64,000 nt of DNA from Victivallales bacterium (GCA_017535315.1 JAFXUD010000030.1:14307-78306); one strand, 5' to 3'. Positions 8,189 through 18,194 are shown, counted from the first letter of the stretch. A program made the numbers and translations. The notes: generated by a model not told the origin, from the sequence alone.

Positions 8189-11100
8189 ATGACATATTAT
8201 TCAATTCAAAACACCACAATCGCAGGAATTACCCTGCAGGATTTCCATGACGAGATGGATATCTATGCAGGCGGCACCGCGAACTTGACCACCGTCAACA
8301 GCTACGCCAACATCCAAATCTACAGAGGCGGCGTGGCGAACTCCTCCATCCTCAGTAACCGCGGCTGGTTGTGGATCCACAGCGGAGGCGTGGCGAACTC
8401 CACCGTTAACAACGACGGTGCCTTGGAAGTCTCCAGTGGCGGCGTAGCAAACTCCACCTTCATCAACTACCGTGGCGACATGACCATCTACAACAGCGGC
8501 ACGGCGAACCACACCACCGTCAACGACGGCGGTATCTTGGACGTCTCCAGCGGTGGCATTGTGAACTCCACCACCGTCAACAAGCGCGGCAATATGAACG
8601 TCCTAGAATGCGGAGTGGCGAACGACACCACCGTCAACTCGGAAGGCGAAATGAACGTCTCCAACGGTGGCACAGCGAATGACACCATCCTCTTCGACTA
8701 CGGCAGAATGCACGTCACGGAACACGGCATTGCGAACGTGACAACCGTCAACGACGGTGGCGAAATTAACGTCTCCGACGGCGGCGTGGCGAACTCCACC
8801 ACCATCAACGCATACGGCGATATGGACATCTCGTATCAAGGCGTGGCTAACTTCACAACCGTCAACTCAGACGGCGACATGAACGTCTGGGAACGCGGCG
8901 TGGCGAACACCACCATCGTAAACAACGGCGGTTATATGGAGATCTGGGAACACGGCGTGGCAAACTCTACCACCGTCAAAGACGGTGGCATCATGAGCGT
9001 CAACAGCGGCGGCAAGGTGACTGGCACCCTGACAATGGAAAATGGCGCGATTGTCTCCACTGAGATGGGTGCCGTCATCGACTTTGACATCTCGACGCTT
9101 TCGCATGGCAACGATGTCCGCGTCAACGACCTGTCGCTGATACAGGGCACGCCGTCCTATACCGTCACCGTTTCGGAGTCACAGACGGCTGGCGTTTACA
9201 GACTGGCTGGCGGCGCGGCGGGATTCGACAAAACCATCATCTTAGTGGACACTACAGGCACACAATACAGCACACTCACGGTGGGCGACACGTATGATCA
9301 TGACAACAACCAATACGCCCTGAAACTGGACGGGGACGTCCTTGCACTTACGTTAAACCTCTTCATTGGCGAACTGTTCGATGAAACGAAGGACATCACA
9401 TTAAATATAATGGCGAGCAGCGTCAATGTCAACAAGGGCGGCGTCCTCAACATCCTCTCAGGCGGAAGAGCGGAAAACACCACGGTCAACTCAGGCGGCA
9501 GTTTGAATGTCTCAAACGGCGGCACGGCGAACTTAACCACCGTCAACAAAGGCGGTAATTTGAATGTCTCAAACGGCGGCACGGCGAACTACACCACGGT
9601 CGTCAACGGCGGCTCGATGGTCATCTCCAGCGGCGGGACGGCCATGGGCGCACTGACCATCGCGGAGGGAGCAGTCGTCTCTGTCGCCGACGGAGGCGTC
9701 GTCGAGCTCGGCCTCGCAGGAGTGTCCCCGTACAACACGCCGCTCGTCAACGACCTGTCCCTGATTCAGGGGAACCCGTCCTACGCCATCGAAGCATCGC
9801 CCTCCATGGCGAGAGGCAACTACAACCTCGCCAACGGTGCATACGGCTTCAACAAGGCAATCACTGTCTCGGGGCAGCAGCTCATGCCCGACGGCATCCT
9901 CAGCGACGGAGATGCAATATACACGCTTGAGGAGGAGTCGGGCAGGCTTGAGTTCACCGTTTGGAACTACAAGGAGGCCTCGCAGTTTGAAATATCACAA
10001 GGTTTAAGGGAATTGAAAATCCGTAGCAAAGATTGCTGCGTCGGTGCTACAATCACCAGTTCAGCAGGCTTCTTCGAAATGCCAATCAAAGTCATGCAGA
10101 TCTATAACGGTGGAATGGCGTACTCGACCAATATCAACAAGTACGGCTACGGGCATGTCTCAAGCGGCGGCACGGCTCACACGACCACCATCACGGGAAA
10201 CGGTACATTGTACGCCATGAATGGCGCGAAAGTGGTCTCGACCACCATCGGATACAACGGAAATCTGGTGATTTACGGCGGCACGGTGAAATCGACGACT
10301 GTCAGAAACGGCGGCTGGATGGAAGTCGAAGGCGGCAAAATCACAGGCACTTTGACCATTGAGGATGGCGGAACCGTCAATGTCTATAATGGAGTCGTCC
10401 TCGACTTCGACATCTCCCCGCTGTCGCCAGGCAACGATGCGCTCGTCAACGACCTTTCGCGGATTAAAGAAAAGGGGACGCCTACGTTTACCGTCACCGC
10501 AAGGCCTGGACAGGCAACTGGCGTCTATCGCCTTGCGGGCGGCGCAGCGGGTTTCTCATCCTCCCTGACCGTCAAATGCGCGAACGAGGCGGATGTCTCA
10601 ATCACCGTCGGCGACAACTATGTGGCGGGCGGCGGTCAGGCATATGCCCTCGCCCTTGAAGGAGGTCAACTGCTCCTCACAGTCAGGGACCTCGACACGA
10701 CACCGCCCGACAAGCCAGTCGCGAGTGCCAGCACCACCGCGCCGACCAACCAAAGCGTCACGGTCACCGCGAAGTTCAGCGACGACTCCGTCATGAAGCA
10801 GTACTCGACAAACAACAAGACGTGGAAGTCATATACGAAGGGCATCAAGATGACCGACAACGGCAATCTCTGGTTCCGCGGCATCGACGAGGCGGGCAAC
10901 GCCTCCGAGGTGACCGCCTACGAGGTGACGAACATCGACAAGGTTGCGCCCGACGCGCCCAATTTAACTCTGTCGGGGGATTCCGTATCCCACGAGGTTA
11001 TACTCCACGCCACTTGGGACAAGGACGACGCCGTGTGCCGCTATGCGGTTGACGGCGCGGCAGCCATGCATGAATATGTCGAGCCGCTCCGCATCGACAA

Positions 11101-12010
11101 GCATACGCGTATCCATTTCCAGACCGAGGACGCGGCAGGCAACGAAACCGACCTCAGACTGGAACTGATGTTCGGTCGCGTCACCGGCGTCTGGAGCGAC
11201 AAGTACTTCGCCCGCAACTGCATAGTCGAGGGCATGGAGCTGGAGCCGCTGGAGGGAATGAACATCATTGGCGACGTCTTCAACGGCTCCGATGACTCAA
11301 CCTCTCTCGTCCTTACAGACGACGACAACGGCGACGCGCTTTTCCTGGACGACCTCTACTCCGCCTCTCCCGACATCTCCGCCAAGGCGCGCATCAGCCA
11401 GGTCAATATGATCATCGCGGGTGCGGGCGATGACGTCATTGATCTGACCAGCGTGCGGTTCCAATGCGCCGACAAGGGCATCGCCGTGCAAGGCGGCGAC
11501 GGCAATGACTTGATCTGGGCGAACAACAACGGCACTTTCCTCTTCGGCGACGCGGGCGACGACCGCATCGTCGGCGGCGGCAGCACCGATGTCATTGCAG
11601 GCGGCTCAGGCAACGACACCCTGCACGGCGGTGGCGGCAACGACTACTTCTGCTTCGGCGGCTACTGGGGCGACGACACCGTCGAGCAGCTGGACGGCCA
11701 CGGCGCACTGCTGTGGTTCGACGGCGTGAAGCGGGAGGATTTGTCGCTTTCTGCCGATGCCGCAGACAACGCCGTGCTCTCCTGCGACTCAGGCTCGGTG
11801 ACACTTCTGGGAGTCAGGCATGACGACGTAGCCGCCTCGTTTGACGCCGGTGGCAACAGGCTGTCGAACAATATCTTACTCCAGTTCGGCGACAGCGGCC
11901 TTGACGAAGAATTCCAGGCATTCGCCGACACCCTGCGTAATGTGGGCGCATTCAAAGAGTTCACAAGCGACAGGATCTTTGATGACCAGTACCGGGGGAC
12001 GCTGGCGTAG
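8189..12010 (+). CDS. Giant AIDA-type beta-helix repeat protein with Ig-like domains and a C-terminal RTX calcium-binding region (probable T1SS-secreted adhesin)
   Basis: 1273 aa with no signal peptide.
- Three modules of ~19-aa repeats (GGxANxTTVNxxGxMxV) at about nt 8267-9005, 9421-9660 and 10100-10357.
- Each module is followed by a conserved cap (DFDISxLSxGNxxVNDLSxIxGxPxYTV...GVYRLAGGAAGF).
- Two Ig-like segments occupy about aa 830-1000.
- GGxGxD nonapeptide repeats lie near the C-terminus. Confidence 0.8.
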   Translation: MTYYSIQNTTIAGITLQDFHDEMDIYAGGTANLTTVNSYANIQIYRGGVANSSILSNRGWLWIHSGGVANSTVNNDGALEVSSGGVANSTFINYRGDMTIYNSGTANHTTVNDGGILDVSSGGIVNSTTVNKRGNMNVLECGVANDTTVNSEGEMNVSNGGTANDTILFDYGRMHVTEHGIANVTTVNDGGEINVSDGGVANSTTINAYGDMDISYQGVANFTTVNSDGDMNVWERGVANTTIVNNGGYMEIWEHGVANSTTVKDGGIMSVNSGGKVTGTLTMENGAIVSTEMGAVIDFDISTLSHGNDVRVNDLSLIQGTPSYTVTVSESQTAGVYRLAGGAAGFDKTIILVDTTGTQYSTLTVGDTYDHDNNQYALKLDGDVLALTLNLFIGELFDETKDITLNIMASSVNVNKGGVLNILSGGRAENTTVNSGGSLNVSNGGTANLTTVNKGGNLNVSNGGTANYTTVVNGGSMVISSGGTAMGALTIAEGAVVSVADGGVVELGLAGVSPYNTPLVNDLSLIQGNPSYAIEASPSMARGNYNLANGAYGFNKAITVSGQQLMPDGILSDGDAIYTLEEESGRLEFTVWNYKEASQFEISQGLRELKIRSKDCCVGATITSSAGFFEMPIKVMQIYNGGMAYSTNINKYGYGHVSSGGTAHTTTITGNGTLYAMNGAKVVSTTIGYNGNLVIYGGTVKSTTVRNGGWMEVEGGKITGTLTIEDGGTVNVYNGVVLDFDISPLSPGNDALVNDLSRIKEKGTPTFTVTARPGQATGVYRLAGGAAGFSSSLTVKCANEADVSITVGDNYVAGGGQAYALALEGGQLLLTVRDLDTTPPDKPVASASTTAPTNQSVTVTAKFSDDSVMKQYSTNNKTWKSYTKGIKMTDNGNLWFRGIDEAGNASEVTAYEVTNIDKVAPDAPNLTLSGDSVSHEVILHATWDKDDAVCRYAVDGAAAMHEYVEPLRIDKHTRIHFQTEDAAGNETDLRLELMFGRVTGVWSDKYFARNCIVEGMELEPLEGMNIIGDVFNGSDDSTSLVLTDDDNGDALFLDDLYSASPDISAKARISQVNMIIAGAGDDVIDLTSVRFQCADKGIAVQGGDGNDLIWANNNGTFLFGDAGDDRIVGGGSTDVIAGGSGNDTLHGGGGNDYFCFGGYWGDDTVEQLDGHGALLWFDGVKREDLSLSADAADNAVLSCDSGSVTLLGVRHDDVAASFDAGGNRLSNNILLQFGDSGLDEEFQAFADTLRNVGAFKEFTSDRIFDDQYRGTLA
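8267..9005 (+). repeat. Intragenic 57-nt (19-aa) tandem repeats, ~13 copies (AIDA-like)
   Basis: The units ggcggcgtggcgaactccacc / GGVANSTxxN recur with a 19-aa period. Shorter blocks occur at 9421-9660 and 10100-10357. Confidence 0.8.
11492..11661 (+). repeat. RTX (hemolysin-type Ca-binding) nonapeptide repeats
   Basis: The encoded sequence is GGDGNDLIWANNNGTFLFGDAGDDRIVGGGSTDVIAGGSGNDTLHGGGGNDYFCFGG. Confidence 0.8.
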
Positions 12011-12109
12011 AAGAAACGTGCAAATCCGCGTGGTCATGCAATGGCACTACGAGGAAGTGACAATGTCGCCTGTTAATAGCTATTAATTAACATCTTATGG
12101 AAATTGATT

Positions 12110-12160
12110 AACGGGAGCAACAGAGCAGAATATCTGATACTGTTCTAGGTTGCTCCCGTT
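12110..12160. terminator. Hairpin between convergent genes (giant gene / Gfo oxidoreductase), likely a bidirectional terminator
   Basis: 12-bp perfect stem (aacgggagcaac at 12110-12121, gttgctcccgtt at 12149-12160) with further pairing inside the loop. The U-tracts are weak. Confidence 0.55.
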
Positions 12161-12347
12161 CTTCCCGTTGATTCTGTCTCTCCTAAAATTTAAGCAGTAA
12201 AGACTTGTCGTGCAGTGCGACTCCATTGCCTTTGCAACACCAGGTACATGACATAGGTGTGGAGTGCAGGAGAGGGTGCCGCGCACGGATGGTGTTGCAC
12301 TATGTTACGGTTGTGCAGGCACGTCGACGGGACGTCGTCGTCAGTAC

Positions 12348-13361
12348 CTACCAGGGAATATAGGTTCCAGCTGCAAGGACGATTCTGTGGACGAGGTAGT
12401 CCTTGTCGTAGTCGGTATTGTTTGGCATTTCGCCGCGGATGATTCTGGCCAGTTCTTCGAACTGCGGGGTATAGCGGTCCTTCTGGGGGCCGAAGTCAAG
12501 CTCGTGCTTACCAGCAGCATATTCTCCTTGCGGTTCGACAAGGTTCATCGTCATCTTCAGAGGCTGTCCATCGAATCGTTCAATCGGGCAAAGCTCGAAA
12601 TAGCCTTTGGTACCAGAGACCTTCATGCGCCTTCCAAAGGTGGTGGCGGATTCATAGGAGCAGGAGGTCAGTTCGGCAATGGCGTTCTTGTATTCAAGAA
12701 TGGTAAGGCAGTTATTCTTGTAGTTGGACGGTTCATTTGCCGTGTTCTTCAGAATCGGGATGACGTTTTCAGGTGCACCCATGAGCGTGGTGACGTAGTC
12801 GATCAGATGGCAAATCAGGTTGTAGGCAAGGCCTCCCTTGAACTTTCCGATGTACTCCTGGTATCGGTTGCCGCCGTAATTGTGGTTCATGTCCGCACGG
12901 ATGGAAAAGATGTCGCCAATCCAGCCTTTCCTCACACGGTCGATGATCAGGTTAAGGGCAGGGTTGCCGCGGAACATATATCCCATCTGGAACGGGATGT
13001 TCTTTGCACGGCAGCCATCCAGCAGCTTTTTGAAAGCGGGAAGGCTTTCGCCTGCGGGCTTGTCCATGTGGATGGCAATTCCTTTTTCCATGATGGGCAT
13101 GGTGGCCTCCACCAGCTCATTGTTTGGTGTCTCAACGCAGACCACCTGAAGGCCTGGAAAGTTCAGGAGCTGCTCCACCGTGAGGCGTGGCAGGCCATCA
13201 TAGACGGTGGATGGATTGTAGCAGTTCGGTGTCCTGGCTGTCTCGCGGTCATCGACCACGCCGACAATCTCGTAGATGTCTGGCAATTTCTTGATGGCAG
13301 CCATCTTGCCTGCCGCGTGCTCATGGGTCATGCCCAGCTGTGCTATTTTGATTCGTTCCAT
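12348..13361 (-). CDS. Gfo/Idh/MocA family NAD(P)-dependent oxidoreductase
   Basis: 337 aa. The N-terminal Rossmann segment is IKIAQLGMTHEHAAGK..., and EKPxxx is replaced by MDKPAGES. The overall length and fold pattern are typical of the family. Confidence 0.75.
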   Translation of the reverse strand: MERIKIAQLGMTHEHAAGKMAAIKKLPDIYEIVGVVDDRETARTPNCYNPSTVYDGLPRLTVEQLLNFPGLQVVCVETPNNELVEATMPIMEKGIAIHMDKPAGESLPAFKKLLDGCRAKNIPFQMGYMFRGNPALNLIIDRVRKGWIGDIFSIRADMNHNYGGNRYQEYIGKFKGGLAYNLICHLIDYVTTLMGAPENVIPILKNTANEPSNYKNNCLTILEYKNAIAELTSCSYESATTFGRRMKVSGTKGYFELCPIERFDGQPLKMTMNLVEPQGEYAAGKHELDFGPQKDRYTPQFEELARIIRGEMPNNTDYDKDYLVHRIVLAAGTYIPW

Positions 13362-13388
13362 AATATCTTGAACATTAGTTGGTTGACG

Positions 13389-13422
13389 TAAAAAAGCCCA
13401 GGCGTTCTAAAGAGCCTGGGCT
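13389..13422 (-). terminator. Rho-independent terminator after hpf
   Basis: 9-bp stem (agcccaggc at 13395-13403, gcctgggct at 13414-13422). On the minus strand it is followed by TTTTTTACG. Confidence 0.7.
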
Positions 13423-13438
13423 TTGGTTGTTTCAATCT

Positions 13439-13843
13439 TTACTTCTCTTCGATTTCGTAGGTGTAGTCCTCCAAGTCGGCGTCGTCGTTTTCGGCGCGGA
13501 GGTCATTGGAGTTCCAGATTTTCTCTTTTGCCTTGGGGTCGGCTTTGACAGAGGTGTCGCGAACCTTTTCAAGGTAGCGTTCCATCTGGGTGTTGATTTT
13601 TGCGAAGGCATTCACCAGGGAAGCGCCCATGCTGTCGTTTCTGGCGGCGGCATGAAGGGTGAGGTTTTTGGCATTTACCAGGATTTCAACGGGGAACCAA
13701 TTGCGCTGCGAGGCGAAGAGAACACGCACGGTAGTTATCTTTTGATTCGGGAAATCCTCGGCGAGGCGCCCGATGAGCGAGCGTGCCTTCTCCTTAATGG
13801 ATTCTTCTACGACCACATGTTTTGCACTGATGTCAATGTCCAT
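13439..13843 (-). CDS. hpf: Ribosome hibernation promoting factor / RaiA family (short form)
   Basis: 134 aa, starting MDIDISAKHVVVEESIKEKA...VEILVNAKNLTLHAAARNDSMGASLVNAFAKI. It sits directly after lptB, as in the enterobacterial lptB-rpoN-hpf locus. GGAGG lies before the ATG. Confidence 0.85.
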   Translation of the reverse strand: MDIDISAKHVVVEESIKEKARSLIGRLAEDFPNQKITTVRVLFASQRNWFPVEILVNAKNLTLHAAARNDSMGASLVNAFAKINTQMERYLEKVRDTSVKADPKAKEKIWNSNDLRAENDDADLEDYTYEIEEK

Positions 13844-13893
13844 TGATTACCTCCTTTGTTTAAGGATTGTGAGGCCAGTCGGGAAAATGCCAC

Positions 13894-14634
13894 CTAGACC
13901 GTGAAGGACGGTCCCAGATAGACGCGCCTGGCGTTTTCGTCTTTGACCAGGGATTCGCTGTCGCCTGTGAACAGAATTTCACCGTTGCATATCAGATATG
14001 CACGGTCCACAACGCCAAGGGTTTCCCTGACATTGTGGTCTGTTATGAGGACAGACAGTCCCCTGTCGCGTAGGTTTGCGACGATTTTCTGCACTTCGTT
14101 GACGTTGATGGGGTCCACGCCGCCGAAGGGCTCGTCGAGCATAATGAAACTAGGGTTGGCTGCAAGGGCCCGTGTGATTTCCAGGCGTCTGCGTTCGCCT
14201 CCGCTTAGTGTCATCGCCTTCTGTTTTGCCAGATGGGTGAGCTTGAGTTCCTCAAGAAGTTCTTCCAGTCGACTCTTTCGTTCCTGGTCTGTCATGTCCA
14301 ATGTCTCAAGAACGCATTTCACATTCTGCTCAACGGTGAGCTTCCTGAAAATAGAGGGTTCCTGAGCCAGGTATCCCATGCCGAGTCTTGCTCTTTTAAA
14401 CATGGGCATGCTGGAAACATCCTGCCCCATGAAACGGATACTGCCGCCATCTGGTCTGATAAGACCGACAATCATGTAGAACGTCGTCGTCTTGCCCGCG
14501 CCATTGGGGCCGAGCAGGCCGACCACTTCTCCTGGGCGTGCTTCGATGGAGACGTTGTTCACCACGCGCCTGCCACCGTAAACCTTGACAAGGCCCTCCG
14601 CCTGAAGAAGTATGTCCTTTTGTTTGTCTGTCAT
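13894..14634 (-). CDS. lptB: LPS export ABC transporter ATP-binding protein LptB
   Basis: Walker A is GPNGAGKTT, the signature is LSGGERRR and Walker B is IMLDEP. The context is lptC-lptA-lptB. I prefer the ATG at 14634 over the TTG at 14658 used by the track. Confidence 0.85.
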   Translation of the reverse strand: MTDKQKDILLQAEGLVKVYGGRRVVNNVSIEARPGEVVGLLGPNGAGKTTTFYMIVGLIRPDGGSIRFMGQDVSSMPMFKRARLGMGYLAQEPSIFRKLTVEQNVKCVLETLDMTDQERKSRLEELLEELKLTHLAKQKAMTLSGGERRRLEITRALAANPSFIMLDEPFGGVDPINVNEVQKIVANLRDRGLSVLITDHNVRETLGVVDRAYLICNGEILFTGDSESLVKDENARRVYLGPSFTV

Positions 14635-14645
14635 GTCAAACGGTT

Positions 14646-14692
14646 GAAGTAATTGCAAAACAACTCATCATGTGATGTTTTGAAATTGCCTC
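14646..14692. repeat. 47-bp mini-copy of the 3073-3228 palindromic element (arms only)
   Basis: The segment gttttgaaattgcctc at 14677-14692 is identical to 3212-3227 (16/16). The opposing arm gaagtaattgcaaaacaac (14646-14664) matches the reverse complement at 15/19 positions. The loop is 9 nt. It lies in the lptA-lptB spacer. Confidence 0.7.
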
Positions 14693-14699
14693 GGTTATT

Positions 14700-15377
14700 C
14701 TATTCTGCTTTTTCAGTTGTTTTGTCGCTTTGTTTGCCGTCGTCCTTCTGGGCGTCGGCTTGCTTTTTTTCGTCTTTATTCTCTTTTACCTCCGTCTTTT
14801 CTAGTTCTTTTGCCTTTTCCTTTGGAGTTCCTTTCAAGATATCTCCGAAGCCCATGCCACCCTGTCCCTTCTTCATAGGCAGTGTCAGGCTTGCGCCTTT
14901 GAGCTTAATCTTTCCAGTCTTCCTGTCATAGACGACCTGTTCTCCATGAAGTGTGTTTTTCTCCTGCAGGATAACGCAATTGCCCTTCAGGACAACCGTG
15001 TCAAGCTCGGCATCGTAACGGCCCGTCTCGCCGCTGGCGCTACTGCTGCCATCCAGCGTTCGGACTGTCACACCCCCTACAGCCTCTATATTAATCGGCT
15101 TGTTGTTTTTGTCAAGGTGGACAGTCATTTTTTTTGCAGTAAAACGCATTGTTGTGTCTTCAATGCTGACATTGCCCTCCAGTTCGATGGCGACAGGGTG
15201 GTTGTCTTCATCCAACTGGACATCGGCGCTGTCGGCATTGACGACCATTTCCTGTTCATCGGCGGCCTCTTCCTCATTGCCTGCGGCTTTTTCGGCAGGT
15301 TGTTCCTGTGCCTTCAAATTGAAAGAGATGAGCATGGTCAGAAACAGCATCAAAGATAAGATTTGCTTCGTATTCAC
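14700..15377 (-). CDS. lptA: LptA (OstA-like periplasmic LPS transport protein) with a Lys/Glu-rich C-terminal tail
   Basis: Has a signal peptide (ILSLMLFLTMLISFNLKA) and an OstA_N-like beta-jellyroll (ADSADVQLDEDN...GNVSIED...HGEQVVYDRKTGKIKLKG). It sits between lptC and lptB. It uses a GTG start. Confidence 0.75.
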   Translation of the reverse strand: MNTKQILSLMLFLTMLISFNLKAQEQPAEKAAGNEEEAADEQEMVVNADSADVQLDEDNHPVAIELEGNVSIEDTTMRFTAKKMTVHLDKNNKPINIEAVGGVTVRTLDGSSSASGETGRYDAELDTVVLKGNCVILQEKNTLHGEQVVYDRKTGKIKLKGASLTLPMKKGQGGMGFGDILKGTPKEKAKELEKTEVKENKDEKKQADAQKDDGKQSDKTTEKAE

Positions 15378-15381
15378 GTTG

Positions 15382-15879
15382 TCAATCCTGTTTAGGTTTG
15401 TTGTTATCCCTGTGTTTTTCCTTGAGGATCTCCTGGGATGTCTTTTGCTTGATGGAGATGTGGACGGTCGAGCGCAGTCTTACGATGCGCTGTTCCAGAT
15501 TCACATCGTAGCCGATACCGCTTCCCTCGAAGCCATCCGTGGAAAACAAAAGCACGGAGTCGCTTTTCAGTTCCCGCAATGCCATCAGGACGCTGCAGGA
15601 GGGGGTTTGCAGGGTGAAGTGCCTGCCATTGGATCCGTGCATGACGGCACGGCAGTTCTTGACTTCGATGATTCTCGCTTGGTCATCCTTCAGTTCCATT
15701 ACGTTGCCTTTGAAATTGACGGATTCGCCTTCCAGCACCCATCGTAAGGTCCCGTTGTCATCCAAGCCATGCGTGCTGAAATGCTGCGCAGAGGTGCGAT
15801 TCCCTATGCTTTCCGCAAAAAGAGACATCATGCCAGTCAGCAAGGCAAGAAAGATAATGATGAAAAAAAAGCGTTTCAA
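15382..15879 (-). CDS. lptC: LptC-like membrane-anchored LPS transport protein
   Basis: 165 aa with an N-terminal TM anchor followed by a beta-rich domain. It is positioned between kdsC and lptA. It uses a TTG start and the true start is uncertain. Confidence 0.6.
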   Translation of the reverse strand: MKRFFFIIIFLALLTGMMSLFAESIGNRTSAQHFSTHGLDDNGTLRWVLEGESVNFKGNVMELKDDQARIIEVKNCRAVMHGSNGRHFTLQTPSCSVLMALRELKSDSVLLFSTDGFEGSGIGYDVNLEQRIVRLRSTVHISIKQKTSQEILKEKHRDNNKPKQD

Positions 15880-15927
15880 TAGAGAAAACCTTGGAGGTGA
15901 TTTCGTGACTATGAAACCACCTTCTTG

Positions 15928-16455
15928 TTATCGGTTGAGGTATTCTTGGACGATGGTGTCCCAAAGGCCCTTTTCCTTCAGGAGGCGTGTGGCAGCTTCG
16001 CGGATGGCCCCTTTGCCGCCGTTGTGTTCCATAATCCAGTCGGCACAGAGTTTTGCCTCTTCGATGGCATCACCCACGGCGACGCCGATGCCTGCCAGGC
16101 GCAGAGGGGCAAGGTCGATCAAATCATCGCCGATGTACATGCATTCCTCGGGAGTGATGCCCAGTTGTGTGCAAATCTGCAACAGCCCTTCACGCTTGTT
16201 CCTGCAGTTCTCGATGATAATCGGAATGCCAAGTTCCTCTGCACGCCTGCGGTTTGCCTTGCTTGCGCGGCCAGAAAGGATGGCAGTTGCAATGCCGTTG
16301 CGGTTAAGCAACTTGACGCCGAGACCGTCACGGACGTGGAAGAACTTGATTTCATCCTCCGAGCCGCATCCATATCCGATGCCACCATCGGTCAGAACGC
16401 CATCCACATCCATGATGACTGCCTTGATGGCTTTAGCTTTGTCGTGTGAGTTCAT
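15928..16455 (-). CDS. kdsC: 3-deoxy-D-manno-octulosonate 8-phosphate phosphatase (HAD-IIIA)
   Basis: Contains [14 protein letters not shown]...GDDLIDL motifs. It overlaps kdsA by 23 nt. Confidence 0.85.
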   Translation of the reverse strand: MNSHDKAKAIKAVIMDVDGVLTDGGIGYGCGSEDEIKFFHVRDGLGVKLLNRNGIATAILSGRASKANRRRAEELGIPIIIENCRNKREGLLQICTQLGITPEECMYIGDDLIDLAPLRLAGIGVAVGDAIEEAKLCADWIMEHNGGKGAIREAATRLLKEKGLWDTIVQEYLNR

Positions 16456-17311
16456 GAATCTCCTTGACGGATTTGAGAAGGGTTTTCAATTGGTCGAGCG
16501 GCACCGAATTGGGGCCGTCGGAAAGCGCCTTGTCAGGGCAGGGGTGGGTTTCCAGGAAGAGACCGTCGATACCAACGGCGGCGGCGGCCCGTGCCAGCGG
16601 GGCGACAAATTCCCGCTTCCCGCCCGAACTGGTGCCATTGCCGCCTGGAAGTTGTACGGAATGGGTTGCATCGAAAATGACGGGGTAGCCCATGGCGCGC
16701 ATGATGACCAGAGAGCGATAGTCGACAACCAGATTATGATAGCCAAAGGAGGCGCCACGCTCGGTCAGGGTGATTTTGGAGTTTCCTGTCGATGCGACCT
16801 TCTCTGCGACCTGCGCCATATCCTCTGGCGCCATGAATTGCCCTTTCTTGATATTGATGAGGCGTCCTGTGTGTCCTGCAGCCAGAAGCAGGTCCGTCTG
16901 CCGACAGAGGAAGGCGGGGATCTGAAGGATATCCGCAACCTCGGCGACTGTTTCGCATTGCCAGGGTTCGTGAACATCTGTCAGCACAGGGCATTCGAAC
17001 TCCTTTTTCACGGTGGAGAGGATCTCAAGGCCTTCGTCCATTCCTGGTCCCCTGAAGGACTTTACGCTGGTCCTGTTGGCCTTGTCAAAAGAGGCTTTGA
17101 AAACGTATTTCAAGCCCAAATCCATGCAGCACTGCATAGCCCCTGCCGCCACCTTGAGGCAGAGTTCCTTTGATTCGGCAACGCATGGCCCTGCAATGAT
17201 GACCAAGTTGCCGCTGCCAATGTTCATGCCGTTGTTTATCGAAATGTCCAAATCTGGTTTGACGGGTAGATTCATCTTATATGCTCCATCGAGGTTGTAA
17301 CTACCTGACAT
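16433..17311 (-). CDS. kdsA: 2-dehydro-3-deoxyphosphooctonate aldolase (Kdo-8-P synthase)
   Basis: Contains [12 protein letters not shown]...[12 protein letters not shown]...DVHE...[13 protein letters not shown]. Confidence 0.9.
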   Translation of the reverse strand: MSGSYNLDGAYKMNLPVKPDLDISINNGMNIGSGNLVIIAGPCVAESKELCLKVAAGAMQCCMDLGLKYVFKASFDKANRTSVKSFRGPGMDEGLEILSTVKKEFECPVLTDVHEPWQCETVAEVADILQIPAFLCRQTDLLLAAGHTGRLINIKKGQFMAPEDMAQVAEKVASTGNSKITLTERGASFGYHNLVVDYRSLVIMRAMGYPVIFDATHSVQLPGGNGTSSGGKREFVAPLARAAAAVGIDGLFLETHPCPDKALSDGPNSVPLDQLKTLLKSVKEIHELTRQS

Positions 17312-17459
17312 TCTAATATCAAGATGTACCGTTCTGTGATGCAGTACGGTGAAAAAAGTATAGATGGTGCTTTACCATGAGCTGCGCTCGCCGAAAAGCT
17401 ACATCGCTTACCCACAGTATTGTTTCTGCCGCCCCTACGGGGCTTCTATTCAAGTGCTT

Positions 17460-18194
17460 TTATTGCTTCTCACGAATCAGCTTTTCCACGAGTGCGATGT
17501 CTTCGGGGACATCGACGCCGACGCTGCGTTCATTGGTGACGATGACGCATATTCTAGCACCGTTTTCCAGCGCGCGCAGCTGTTCAAGGGATTCACAGGC
17601 CTCAAGTGTACCGCGTTCCCAGGTCACAAATGAGTTGAGGAACTCACGCCTGTATGCATACAGCCCCCAGTGAAGCAGAGGTTCGACAGGTGTGCATCCC
17701 TTTCGCGGATAGGGGATAAGCGAACGGCTGAAATAAAGGGCAAAGCCCTGTTTGTCCACGACGACCTTGACCGCATTGGGGTCCATAGGGTCACGTCCAG
17801 TCTCCTTAAAAGGTACTGCTGCTGTCCCCATCTCTGCGCCTGATTCACGCATTTTGCGAATCAGACTGGACAACACGTCGGCGGACATCAGGGGCTCGTC
17901 CCCCTGGACGTTGAGAATCAGGTCGGCTGCATCGCCCTGAATGGCCTCGGCGATGCGGTCCGTCCCTGTGGCGTGGTTCGGGGACGTCATGACGGCCTTG
18001 CCGCCGAAGGCCGCGACCGCATCGGCGATCCTCTGGTCATCCGTCGCCACAAGGACATCATCAAGCTCCTTGCATTTCGAGGTGGATTCATAGCACCATT
18101 GCACCATCGGTTTTCCTGCTATCAAAGCCAAAGGCTTCCCTGGAAAGCGCGTGCTGCCATAGCGCGCGGGAATAACTGCGATTGTCCTGCCCAT
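17460..18194 (-). CDS. kdsB: 3-deoxy-manno-octulosonate cytidylyltransferase (CMP-Kdo synthetase)
   Basis: Contains AVIPARYGSTRFPGKPL...NVQGDEP... Confidence 0.9.
   Translation of the reverse strand: MGRTIAVIPARYGSTRFPGKPLALIAGKPMVQWCYESTSKCKELDDVLVATDDQRIADAVAAFGGKAVMTSPNHATGTDRIAEAIQGDAADLILNVQGDEPLMSADVLSSLIRKMRESGAEMGTAAVPFKETGRDPMDPNAVKVVVDKQGFALYFSRSLIPYPRKGCTPVEPLLHWGLYAYRREFLNSFVTWERGTLEACESLEQLRALENGARICVIVTNERSVGVDVPEDIALVEKLIREKQ

Noticed and set aside
12233-12299. 10-bp inverted repeat (tgcaacacca...tggtgttgca) enclosing 47 nt, considered as a tRNA-like or small RNA gene.
   Set aside because: At 67 nt it is too short for a tRNA. It has no T-loop (GTTCRA) or D-loop signatures, and no anticodon-arm geometry could be drawn. 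It is more likely a 3'-UTR structure of the Gfo oxidoreductase gene.
15539-17173. 544-aa plus-strand ORF spanning lptC, kdsC and kdsA in antisense. Similar long antisense ORFs occur at, for example, 458-1222, 4204-5067, 12264-13391, 17973-18845, 36482-37411, 39548-40303, 50114-50944, 51908-52720 and 62349-63425.
   Set aside because: The translations are low-complexity and rich in Ser, Pro, Arg and Ala, with no recognisable motifs. The opposite strand encodes clearly recognisable conserved proteins. Long stop-free antisense frames are expected when sense codons avoid TTA, CTA and TCA.
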